Source: Selaginella moellendorffii (lineage: Eukaryota > Plantae > Lycopodiophyta). Taken from it: a DNA stretch of 64,000 bases. The translations under genes were made by a program, and so were the position numbers. Of the stretch, positions 27,165-38,305 are shown piece after piece. The stretch's first letter is position 1; the number at the start of each line of letters is the position of its first letter. The stretch is taken from contig NW_003314409.1 in assembly GCF_000143415.4 (NCBI RefSeq), positions 226,368-290,367 of the forward strand, written 5' to 3'. The notes below the pieces were generated by a model. It saw only the letters and a list, made by a program, of their open reading frames with translations. It made no database searches and was not told where the DNA came from.

Positions 27165-29969
27165 CGTTATGACACAGCACAAAAAGTCAATGATCTAATC
27201 TTCCTAAACTAGATTATGCCTCCTTTTGAAATTCCTCACCACCCAACCACCCCTGAGCTACCTCAAAAGCTCTTCTACACCACCGCTCCACAGTGAACCT
27301 TAAGGTAGATTAAATTCTTTACCCTAACATGCCTTAATATACCCTTGAGCCTGCCTTTGACTAACATTAACCACATGGTCAAAGCTGGCACCTAACAATT
27401 CTTCCCCCCAACAAAGTCCTTCTACCAAAAACAAGTTGTACTAGTGATCACCCTTTCTAGGGAACCTTGCTCAAGCTCTTAATCAGTCATATACAGTAAG
27501 GAGGCATTGGGTCTGTCACTAAACTCCCCAAACTCCATGAGTTTGACTATCCAACAAGGTTGCCTAGTGTTCAACTCCTTTTGTGTGAAAAGATACACAA
27601 GTGGTTTGCGATCCGTCAACACTATGAATACTGCACCATAAAGATAGTGCCACCACATCCATAAAGCATAAACAATAGATAGTAACTCTTTTTTATATGT
27701 GGAATAGCATTGCTCTGTAGGATTCAAAGTTTGACTCTCATATGCAATACGTTGTCCCTCTTGCATGAAAACTCCTCTTAGTGCATAACTACTCGCATCA
27801 TATGTCACCTTGTAAGGTTTTGATGGATCAGCAATGAGAAGCACTGGAGCCTTGCTCAACAATTGTTTCAACGCCACAAAACTCTCTTCTTGTGGCTTCT
27901 TCCACTCGAATGGCACATTCTTACAACCGTGTTAAAGGAATAGCCACCTCCACAAACTTATGCTGGAAACGTCAGTAGTAACTAGCAATTCCAAAGAAAC
28001 TACATAACTTAGCCATTGTAGTTGGTGTAAGCCAATTCTCCACCACAGCCACCTTCCTTGGATTCATCTTGACACCCTTAAATGTCACAATATGGCCTAG
28101 ATATTCCACTTCTGACTTTGCAAACTCACATTTGCTCTTCTTCACATAAAGTTTGCTATCACGAAGTAACGAAAGAACCTTGCGCAAATGCACCTTATGC
28201 TCCTCCATATTCTTGTTGAAAACAAGATTATCGTCCAAGAAAATCTCCACAAACTCATGAAGATAACGCCCAAATATCTTCATCATCAACCGAGTAAATA
28301 TGGCTGGTGCATTTGTTAAACTAAACAGCATAACTATAAACTCAAAATGCTTGAAACTTGTGTTAAATGCCGTCTTGGAGATAGATGTATCATCCATTGC
28401 AATTTCATGATATCCACTCCTCATATCAATCTTGGTAAACACTTCTGCTTCACCAAGCTTGTCTAAGATATCATCCACATCGGCATCGGCATTTTATCTT
28501 TCACCGTCTTTTTGTTCAAGGCACAGTAGTCAATACACATCCACATTGAACTGTCCTTCTTCTTCACAAGCAAAACTGGAGCACCAAATAAAGATTTACT
28601 TAGCTGAATAAATCCAAACTCAAGTAACTCCTTGACTTGTCATTGAATTCTTGCTCCTCCGCATAACTTAACTGAAATGGATGCCGGTAAATTGGCCGTA
28701 TCCCCGGCTCCAACATAATCTCATGCTCCACACTTTGTAATGGAGGCAACCCATGAAGAAGTTCAAGTGGAAAAACATCAGCAAACTTATCAAGTATATC
28801 CTGTATTGCTGCTTCTCCCCCACACATGCCTTGGTCTCCCAAGTTATGAACAAGCAACAAGTAACTCAAAAGTGCCTTTCCATTATGACAAGCCCCCTTC
28901 AAAGATATAGCAGAGAGCATAACAACTGGAGGTTGAACTCCCTCTCCAAACCACACATATTTAACGCCATTGTACTCCAACAAAACATTCTTAATACTAC
29001 ACTTTATCTTCGGATCCACCTTCATCAACCATAGCATCCCAAGAATGAGATCCACATGATAGATATCTGCGAGATAAAAAGTTTTCAGAAGTGTGGTTTT
29101 GCCAACCAACACTTCCAGCCCCTCTACACAAGCATTGAAATGTTGAGTAGAAGTAGCTGCACATTCCACTGTATATAGAGGAACTCTGTGTGTGATCAGG
29201 CCATGCTCCACAACAAATATTGCTGAAATAAAGTTGTCATCGCTCCCACTTTCCAGTAAAATCCGTATTGGACCGCCACAGAACATACCCTCCAGCATTA
29301 AAGTTGATTCACAAGTATCCTTAAGCTCCATCTTGTTCCACACACAGTTGAGTTGACGAGCAACAATTGAAAGCCTCTTCCTTCAACCGAAATGGTCATC
29401 CCCATCATCCTCATACTACAAAGTGTGCAAATTTTTAGTATCTAACTTACCGTCAATAAAAAATTGGCCATTCTTTTTGCTTTGTTGCTTGTTCTTCAGC
29501 TATGGACAATCAGCCTTGTAGTGTCCAAGCTTGCCCATACATGGTATCCATCATGCCATACATCTCGTCTTGCATCTTTTGCTAATTTCGATTAAGGGCT
29601 CGTAGCTCATGAACCACATCCTAAATGTTCCAAATCTCCACAGCTCCGTCGGCACCATCATTAGCACCACCATTGACAATAGGATTCTAGTGTTCAGTTT
29701 GATTGGCCATCTCAACCAACCTCCCTTTGATACTAATGTTATGATCCGACGCAAAAGGATAAAGATCTAGTCACCCTAGACTATATTACGCCACCTCTTG
29801 AGGTTCCTCACCACCCAACCACCCTCAAGCTACCTCAAAAGCTCCACTACACTGCCGCTCTATTGTGAGTTATAGGGTAGATTAAGTCCCTTACCCTGAC
29901 ATGCTTTAATATACCCTTGAGCCTCCCTTTGACTGACGTTGACTATGTGGTCAAAGTTGGCACCTAACA
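27165..29969 (-). mobile_element. Ty3/gypsy family C, internally deleted, both 233-bp LTRs present (29737-29969 and 27165-27397)
   Basis: Direct repeats; degenerate Met-PBS (ttagtatcaaag) and PPT (ggggggaagaa); PR, RT (FLDD) and RNase H present; most of gag and all of INT missing. Confidence 0.9.
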
Positions 29970-29974
29970 ATTTC

Positions 29975-31200
29975 CTAGTCAAGAGGAATTGGGCTATGGT
30001 TCCTAGAGATGATGTTCTTTTACAGTGGATTCTGTAAGAGTGTCTGTTGCACCAAATGTAGGACATCTGAGGACATGTGTTCTGGTAGAGACACATTTAT
30101 TTTGGCCTGGAATGAAATCAAGTGTTGATAAATATGTACACAGTTGCTAGACCAGCCAGGCAGTCATAATGGATTGTTAGAAGCATGAAGGTCTCTACCA
30201 TAGTTAACCTCAGCAGAAGTGAGATAGCATTTTCTATGAGTTTCATAGTAGGCACTTCAAAACAATAATGCTATTTGGGTTGTTGTGGATTGTGTGATGA
30301 TGTTGGCTCACTTCTTCCTTGTGAAGACAAATGCTAAGGCTTTTGACTTTGCTCAACTGTATTTCTCTATGGGTTGCTTAAGGATGTTGTAAGTGATCGG
30401 GATCCCACATTCACTTTGGAGTTTTGGTAGACGGTGTTCTAGAAGCTTGAGACAAAGTTGAGCATGAGCATCCACAGTCAGATGGACAAACAAAACGAGT
30501 TAATTAGGTGCTGGAAAACATGCTGAGATCGTTTGTTGGTCATCTGAAGAGGCAAGGTATTTGGGAGAAGTACCTGCCTTTGTTAGAGTTTGCCCATAAC
30601 TGTGCCTTCCATTTGGCTATAGAGATGGCTCCGTTTATGGCAATGTATGGCTTTCAACCTCAGTCCCCTGTTGGTATGAACTTGACTTCTCTTAAGGTGC
30701 ACCAGGCAAAGGAGTTGGCTGATGAGCATCGTCAGCACAAGCAGTTTCAGGTTGGAGACAAGGTTTTCCTTCAGTTGTCTGAAGCTCAGTGAGCTCTTCA
30801 AGGTGGAGGTAGTTCTAAGTTGTCACCACAGTACTGTGGGCCTTGGATTATTCTCAAACGAGTTGGAGACCTTGCCTATCAACTAGACTTGCCTAGTGGT
30901 ATGAAGATTCATCTTGTCTTCTATGTAGGAAAGTTGAAGGCGTGTTTGCATTCTGGTAATATCTTGGACCAGTCTGCAATCAAGATTCCAGAGATAGATG
31001 TTTGAAGGTTGGCCCTACTTGTGTGTTATAGCAACGGCTAGCGTGCACACGTCGTAAGACTTGGACAGAGTTACTTGTTCAGTGGAATGGTTATTCTCCA
31101 TATGATGCTACATGGGAAGCTGAGGATGATGTGAGGAAGATGTTTCCTAATTTTGAATATGACTTTCCAGAGTATGACATTCCAGAGCAAGAGGAGAAGT
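29975..31200 (+). mobile_element. Gypsy integrase + chromodomain fragment
   Basis: HPQSDGQTKRVN*VLENMLRSFV, SPQYCGPW, LVQWNGYSPYDATWEAEDDVRKMFP. Confidence 0.88.
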
Positions 31201-31316
31201 AGTCACTTGCTCCTATCCTTTCTTTCTTTTCTGACCCTGTTGATGGCTGGAGGTGTTGTGTCACGTGAGACAGTTAGCAGTTTTGTTAGTGGGATGCTTT
31301 GCTAGCTTCTCTCTCC

Positions 31317-32870
31317 TCACCTACTGTTCATCATAGTTGGAGCAGAGGGAAAAATGTCACCGTATTTCGTGATGAACCAGCTGATTCTGGACCTAGGTCT
31401 CTGATCAAAGAGCCAAATACCAACTGCAAATTTGCATGTGAAGAGGTGTTCAAGCATCTCCACGGGGTTTTCATTGCATAGAATACACAGAGTTTTGGGA
31501 ACTGTGAGCCAATCACCAACAGGGATGCTGTCCTGCACAAGAAGCCAGCTTACCTTAGCTTCCACCAGTGTCTTCCACATGTTTACAATGTACTTCCGAT
31601 TCTTCAACTTCTGCATAAGCTTGGTGTCAATTTTATCCATCAAAAGCTCTCTGCCATGCTTAGACCTGTACATATAAAAAGACACACTGAACTCATTACC
31701 TTCCCAGGATAACTGAGCCGGATCCTATATAAGATCAGATATAGGTACTCCTCAAACTAGTGTATTGCAGAGCATTCTCCCAGTTGAACCTTAGGATCCA
31801 GTTCAGTGTATTTCCCTCTTTGATGTATCGTCCTGATCCTTTTACTGAAGGCCATCCTGGGAACTGGGACCTCCTTGGGAACTATACATGGAAACAGTGC
31901 ACCACTGTTATGGGGATAAAAAACAATACCTTGAGGTGATGGGGTTGTTTCCATAACAAAGATGATTTGAGTCTCAGCACCATCAAGCATTATCCAATCA
32001 CGAACCTCGATAACTTCAGTTTGTAAAGCAAGATGAAGGCGATCACAAGTGATGCTGCCTTAAGCTTTGATGTGGAGTTTTCATCCTGGGTTGTAATGGG
32101 TTGTCATGAGGCCATCCGATGAGCAGGGTTTGCTCCAAGCGGACGTTAAACAAATACCTGACTTTACCTTTTTCATTGTATCATACCTTTTCCACTGCTG
32201 AGGAAGAAAAACAAGATCCCAACAAGAACTTTGCTGTACGTGATGGCTTGCTAGCTCTTTGTAGATCCAATAAGTCTTTAATCGAAGCTCCCACATTCCT
32301 ATGCCACCTAGGCCAAAGACCTCTACCCAAGCCTGGAGCTGAACAGTCACCTATATACTGTTGATTACTGTTCTTATGTGCTACGTTGAAGAACAAGCGA
32401 TCAGCTAATGCCTCTGTCAGATGGTCTGGTTCTTTCTGACTTAACCTGGGTAGGAGTGACTTCCATATCTTCAACATCTCTTTTTCTATTCCATCCTGGA
32501 CTTTCTTTGTGTTGAGAGGAGCAATGCCAATCGATTCCTTGTTTATAGTTACCACCCTGTCTAGGCAAGATCTTCTACAGCTGAGCTCTGAAGAGGAGGT
32601 GCCAGCTCTGGTTTTGTGGATATAAACCTGACACAAGAACTTTGAAGAGAAGAGCTTTGGATTGAATTCCTGGGTGTGGCACATTCCGAATAACTGAATT
32701 CCACTCTACTTTTGCCCGGACTTTGCACCCGCTGGAGTCTCTAAATTTTCTACATATGTTGTTGGTGATCAAGTGTTGGTGAGTAATCGGGTGTTGCGGA
32801 TCCAAGGTTTTGCTGCATAGGTCCTTATCACATCGTCCAACAAGTTGGTCCACAAATCTATGTGGTAACA
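31317..32870 (-). mobile_element. LINE (L1-like) ORF2 3' fragment with zf-RVT motif
   Basis: FGLGGIGMWELR post-RT motif; KVSWLLVQDSIPVG...CILCNENPVEMLEHLFTCKFAVGIW; fragmented frames. Confidence 0.75.
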
Positions 32871-33739
32871 CTCAATGCACAACGTCAAGAGAAGATCCAT
32901 GTGAAGCGGTTAGCTTGTGAACGGATACTATATATTCTAAGATTGGAATACACTAACTTTTTAATAATAATAAATTAACAATTTTTAATGTGTATTTATG
33001 GAGCCCACAAGAGTAGGAGTGAGGTGTTATCATATTATGAATCCCACAAGATCAAGAGTGAGAGGTGTTAATCACATTTTTTATATGCTCCATATGATCC
33101 TGAGGGGGGGAGAGGAAGGGAAAAAAAGAATTAATTAGAGTGAAAATGCGAGTTATTGTGAAATTAGAGTATAAATGTGACGAGCTAAGAGTAAAAACGT
33201 GATGTAGCAGCTTAAAAGAGGGAAGTAGGAATGCTCGGATGGAGTTCCACCAGGTAGAAAAGACAAGTCATACCTCAAGCCTCGGATTGCTCCCAACCCC
33301 CTGCCTCCACCCGGTTGCCTACTTTAACCAAGCCCCGAACCACCCAGCAGTCTTGGCGCACAGGGATGACATCAGCCCTAACCTCTTGCTCCACTGCTCC
33401 TACTTCTGAGCTGCTAGCAGCTTCTCCCCCCCTTAAGAAAAAAGGTCTGTTGTTCTCTTGGATTTCAAGAGGCATCCTCTTCACCATCTCCTCTGTTTTT
33501 GCTAGCTAGTTAGCTCTTACAAGAAGGAGCACAAGCCAAGTTCATCTCCATGCTCAGCTCTATCATCTCCTCTTTAAGACACCTCACCTCTTTGAAGCCA
33601 TTCAGGAGAGCTAGCACGCTTCACGTCCCCCCCCTTTTTTTTTTGCGATTGTCTCTTCAAACTCATCATACTTATTTAACTCACCAAACCTTACCAAGCC
33701 GAGTGCAGGTTTTGAAACCCCATGAGTCACCTTGGCCTT

Positions 33740-34075
33740 TTTCCATCTTCCAGTTGAGCTCTCCAACAATCTTGACGTGCGGATGCGTGCAAACTGCTCC
33801 TTGAGCCAGGACCATTTCTCCAGGAGATAACTTATGCTACAACACTCTCCGCTCGACGATCTCAATGTGGAAAGATCCACAAAGCTGTCCCACTCATCAT
33901 AGTTGTAGAAGAAATCATCCTCATACTGCATCTGCAACCTTGCTCGAGCCCAAGCCTCCGCCATCGCAAGCTTCTCCCTCATCTTGATCAGCTCACACTT
34001 GAGGCGGCAAAACAAGTCCAGGTCCTGAGGAACAACAATGGAATACACCTTTCCTGGGTACCTGTCTCGAAACCT
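33740..34075 (-). pseudogene. Exon fragment resembling the OSCA4/GFS10 (CSC1/TMEM63) cytosolic loop
   Basis: After acceptor ttcacag: FRDRYPGKVYSIVVPQDLDLFCRLKCELIKMREKL, similar to the YPGKVY-x-IVPMDL motif as recalled for OSCA4.1. Confidence 0.5.
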
Positions 34076-35215
34076 GTGAAAGTACAGTGGACGATGTGGT
34101 GTTTCAGATCGCAGTGGAATGATAATTTAATGAAAGCAACAAAACCATCGAGCTCGCTCTTTGGGGATCAATTATCATCTCCTCCTTTGAAGCAATGAGC
34201 AGCAGGCCTTGATCACATCCAGAAGTACTAGAGATAGTCTGCAAAAGCAAGTTTGACACCAGTTATTTTGGCAACACAGAAGAAAAAGAAGAAAAATAAA
34301 CTCAAGTTTCAAAATTTATAGAGATCCATACAATCCAAATCAAGATCAATCTTCCATGAACTTAATGCCGCTTTCAGCACCTCCAAGCTCTGCCGAAAAA
34401 CGTAGCCACGGTATGCCACAATTGTTCGCTTGAAAATCTGAAGATGTCAATCGAAGCATGCAAGCAAAAACATGAAGTAAAGAAGCGCAGGTGGACAACA
34501 AAGGAGATGAACTGAGCGAGGCCAAGAACACATATAAGGACCAAATGTAAGCATGTGAGGCCTTGCGCGGTTTTTTCCTCCGTGCGTGGCTTCATGTGCG
34601 AAGAGTTTGGTGTGGTAAGGTATGTTGCGGAGCAGCCAGAAGCCAAGGGTGAATATAAGTACGTGAGGCCTTGTGAGGTTTTACCACCGCCCGAGGACTG
34701 CTGTGCATGGGCCGTGGGCGAGAGTCATTTGCGAAAGTGTTCTGCATGAAACTGGTGCCCTGAGGCTTCTGGCCGTGTCGCCCCATGAAGAGGATTTTTT
34801 ATTTTATTTGTGTAGAGTGTGGTTTATTTTTGCATATTTGAGTGTATCAATATCTTTTAGTTAGCAGATTATATTGAAGAACTACAGTTAAGTGCATGCA
34901 GCAACAGATTATATAAAAAATGAATGCAGAGAATAACAAATCGGGATTTCTAGGAAGTTCGTGCGTGTTGTTAGTAATAATAATAATAATCATAAAAACC
35001 TGATGTTCAGCCAGTTAGAAGATTGTCTGAAAATTATGCATGTACTGATTCCAACTGATTGCTGCTGGCTCACTTTCTATATATATCAAAGAGACAATAA
35101 ACATCTAAGCTGCTGCAGTTAAGCTGTGACATTGTAAAGTTTAAAAAGGAAAAGAATTAGAAAAAGAAAAAACAGAAAACACAGTTAAGTACTAACAAAT
35201 CGGGATTTCTAGGGT

Positions 35216-38200
35216 ATGCGTTCGGCGCTAGGGTTTGTGTGGTGTGTGTCATTTCTCAACAATCTCATGGAGTGGAAAACGTTTTTCAGGGATCCCACTT
35301 TCTGGTGGGACAACAGGTTCAAGAAGAAAAACAAGTTCTTCTCAGAGTCCTACCCGGATTTCAAACATGTTTCTACCGGAGAGAGCCTGTGGATCGCCAA
35401 CAGGAAAACACCAACCTGGGTCTCTGCAAAACTCGAGTCGCTCGCTGACCCAGCTGTAGGTAAGGCCACCACGGCCCGCTACAAATCTCCACATACCCCA
35501 CCTGTAGCTGGTGATGAACCGGTGAGTTTAGGGAGGCTGATACACCGCGTGAGAGACTCAGCTGAGAGCAGATCCCTTTCTTTGGGAAAACAAGCCCATG
35601 AAGCTGTGCTCAAGAGTGATGAGCACAAAAGCAACATCTACTTGTTGACGGGATTGATCGACATGTACTGCAAGTGTGGCGAGCTTGAGGAGGCTCGCAA
35701 GATTTTGGACTCCATGGGAACCCGGAGTGTTGTGTCCTACAACGCGATCATCCGGGGCTGTGGCTCGAACGGGCAAGCTGAACTTGCTCTGGAGTACTAC
35801 TCTGCCCTGAGAGCTGATAACACCATTCAACCCGACGATCGGACTCATGTCGCGGTGATCAGCGCCTGCTCCAGACTTGCTACCGAATCCAGCGAGAAGA
35901 GGGAGAGAGCTCTACGCATCGGGATGGAGATCCATTCAATGCTGAGCAAGGAGAAGAAGCAGGTAGATCTGTTCGTGGCGACTTGCCTGGTAGACATGTA
36001 CTGCAAGTGTGGCGAGCTTGAGGAGGCTCGCAAGATTTTCCACTCCATGGGAACTCGGAGTGTTGTCTCCTACAATGCGATCATCCACGGCTGCGGCTCG
36101 AACGGGCAAGCTGAACTTGCTCTGGAGTACTACTCTGCCCTGAGAGCTGATAACACCATTCAACCCGACGATGGGACACATGTCGCGGTGATCAGCGCCT
36201 GCTCCACACTTGCTACCGAATCCAGCGAGAAGAGGGAGAGAGCTCTACACATCGGGATGCAAGTCCATTCAGTACTGAGCAAGGAGAAGAAACATCTAGG
36301 TCTGTTCGTGGCGAATTGCCTGGTAGACATGTACTGCAAGTGTGGCGAGCTTGAGGAGGCTCGCAAGGTTTTCCACTCCATGGGAACTCGGAGTGTTGTG
36401 TCCTACACCGCGATCATCCAGGGCTGCAACACGAACGGGCGAGCTGAACTTGCTCTGGAGTACTACTCTGCCCTGAGAGTTGATAACACCATTCAACCCG
36501 ATGATCGGACTCATGTCGCGGTGATCAGCGCCTGCTCCAGACTTGCTACCGAATCCAGCGAGAAGAGGGAGAGAGCTCTACGCATCGGGATGGAGATCCA
36601 TTCAATTCTGAGCAAGGAGAAGAAACAGGTAGATCTGTTCGTGGCGACTTGCCTGGTAGACATGTACTGCAAGTGTGGCGAGCTTGAGGAGGCTCGCAAG
36701 ATTTTCCACTCCATGAGAACTCGGAGTGTTGTCTCCTACAATGCGATCATCCACGGCTGCAACACGAACGGGCGAGCTGAACTTGCTCTGGAGTACTACT
36801 CTGCCCTGAGAGCTTGTACCACCATTCAACCCAACGATCGGACTCATGTCGCGGTGATCAACGCCTGCTCCACACTTGCTACCGAATCCAGCGAGAAGAG
36901 GGAGAGAGCTCTACGCATCGGGATGCAAGTCCATTCAGTACTGAGCAAGGAGAAGAAACATCTAGGTCTGTTCGTGGCGAATTGCCTGGTAGACATGTAC
37001 TGCAAGTGTGGCGAGCTTGAGGAGGCTCGCAAGATTTTCCACTCCATGGGAACTCGGAGTGTTGTGTCCTACACCGCGATCATCCAGGGCTGCAACACGA
37101 ACGGGCGAGCTGAACTTGCTCTGGAGTACTACTCTGCCCTGAGAGCTGATAACACCATTCAAGCTGATGCTTGGACCTACACCTGCGTCCTTGTTGCTTG
37201 CGGGAGTGTGATGGCGATCAAGCTCGGGAGGGAGATTCACCAGCTGGCGAAGCATAAAGGGCTGCTGAAAAACAATCCAGTTCTGGGCTCCAGCCTGGTG
37301 AGCTTCTACGGCAAATGCGGTGATGTTGATTCTGCTCAGGAAGCGTTTGACGAGTGCCGAGCTCGGGACGACACGGGTCTCTGGAACTCTCTCATACAGG
37401 CTTACACTCTCCAGGGCCGATCGATCGAGGCCTTGGAGCGTTTCTATTCCATGACTCAGGAGGAGGGCTGTAAAGCTGACGATGTGAGTTTTGTTTCGGT
37501 GTTGAACGCTTGCAGCCATGGTGGTCTGGTCGGGAAAGGAAGGCAGCTTCTGGATGAAATGCCCAAGCAGTATGGAGTCAAGCCACGTCTGGAGCATTAT
37601 GTGTGCTTGATCGATATGCTCGGGCGAGCTAACCTCCTCGACGAAGCTGTGAGAGTTCTCAGAGCCATGCCTTTTGAACCGGATGCAGTGGTTTGGACGT
37701 CCCTGCTCGGAGCCTGCCGGAAGTGGAAGAATTACACGATCGGCAAACTCGCGTTTGAGCGTCTTGTGGAGATGGATCCCAAGAGCGGCACGCCCTACGC
37801 ATTGATGGCCAATATATTTGGAAACCTGGGGATGCTCAGTGAAAGGGCCGCTGTTGTGGAGAGAATGAGAGGTGAAGGCAGCTTCAGGGAGCCCGGGAGA
37901 AGCTGGTGGACGGATGTTAGCTCAGGAAAAGTGCATTCTTTTTCTGTCAGGGATAGGAGTCACTCACAGAGCGACGAGATTGTGGCCAAGCTCAAGCAAT
38001 TGTTGCTGAGAATGAAAGAGGAGGGGTACGCAAGCGATGTGATCAACGTTCTAAAAGACATACCCGAGGAAGAGAAAGAGGATCACCTGTGCGGCCACAG
38101 TGAGAAGCTTGCGCTGGGGTGTGCTCTGGTGAACTCGCACCAGAAGGAGACCATCAGAATTGTGAAAAATCTCCAAGTTTGTGACGGTTGCCATGCGGCC

Positions 38201-38305
38201 ACTGCTCTCATCTCTAAGCTGGAAAAAAGGCTAATCATCTGCAAAGATGCCAGTCGGGTTCATGTGTTCCAGGATGGCAGATGTTCCTGTGACAACTACT
38301 TTTGA
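35216..38305 (+). CDS. PLS-class PPR-DYW (DYW:WW-type) RNA editing factor with N-terminal OSB-type PDF motif, 1029 aa
   Basis: Uninterrupted ORF: WWDNR...YPDFKHVSTGESLW...TPTWV (aa ~20-73), PLS array, P2-L2-S2-E1-E2, PGRSWW box, HSEKLA and CDGCH zinc ligands, ends CSCDNYF. Confidence 0.95.
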   Translation: MRSALGFVWCVSFLNNLMEWKTFFRDPTFWWDNRFKKKNKFFSESYPDFKHVSTGESLWIANRKTPTWVSAKLESLADPAVGKATTARYKSPHTPPVAGDEPVSLGRLIHRVRDSAESRSLSLGKQAHEAVLKSDEHKSNIYLLTGLIDMYCKCGELEEARKILDSMGTRSVVSYNAIIRGCGSNGQAELALEYYSALRADNTIQPDDRTHVAVISACSRLATESSEKRERALRIGMEIHSMLSKEKKQVDLFVATCLVDMYCKCGELEEARKIFHSMGTRSVVSYNAIIHGCGSNGQAELALEYYSALRADNTIQPDDGTHVAVISACSTLATESSEKRERALHIGMQVHSVLSKEKKHLGLFVANCLVDMYCKCGELEEARKVFHSMGTRSVVSYTAIIQGCNTNGRAELALEYYSALRVDNTIQPDDRTHVAVISACSRLATESSEKRERALRIGMEIHSILSKEKKQVDLFVATCLVDMYCKCGELEEARKIFHSMRTRSVVSYNAIIHGCNTNGRAELALEYYSALRACTTIQPNDRTHVAVINACSTLATESSEKRERALRIGMQVHSVLSKEKKHLGLFVANCLVDMYCKCGELEEARKIFHSMGTRSVVSYTAIIQGCNTNGRAELALEYYSALRADNTIQADAWTYTCVLVACGSVMAIKLGREIHQLAKHKGLLKNNPVLGSSLVSFYGKCGDVDSAQEAFDECRARDDTGLWNSLIQAYTLQGRSIEALERFYSMTQEEGCKADDVSFVSVLNACSHGGLVGKGRQLLDEMPKQYGVKPRLEHYVCLIDMLGRANLLDEAVRVLRAMPFEPDAVVWTSLLGACRKWKNYTIGKLAFERLVEMDPKSGTPYALMANIFGNLGMLSERAAVVERMRGEGSFREPGRSWWTDVSSGKVHSFSVRDRSHSQSDEIVAKLKQLLLRMKEEGYASDVINVLKDIPEEEKEDHLCGHSEKLALGCALVNSHQKETIRIVKNLQVCDGCHAATALISKLEKRLIICKDASRVHVFQDGRCSCDNYF
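35660..37161 (+). repeat. 333-bp (111-aa) tandem repeat x ~4.5 encoding S-P-L PPR triplets
   Basis: GACATGTACTGC recurs at 35660, 35993, 36326, 36659 and 36992. Confidence 0.98.

Noticed and set aside
34935-35213. ~20-bp direct repeat (taacaaatcgggatttctagg) upstream of the PPR-DYW gene
   Set aside because: Real, but no terminal inverted repeats or other evidence for an element or function.
35558-37597. Repeated antisense ORFs opposite the PPR array
   Set aside because: Shadows of the sense-strand repeat.
37880-38305. U-to-C (DYW:KP) editing enzyme
   Set aside because: Has HSE and a WW-type PG box, not HAE or a GRP/DRH terminus.
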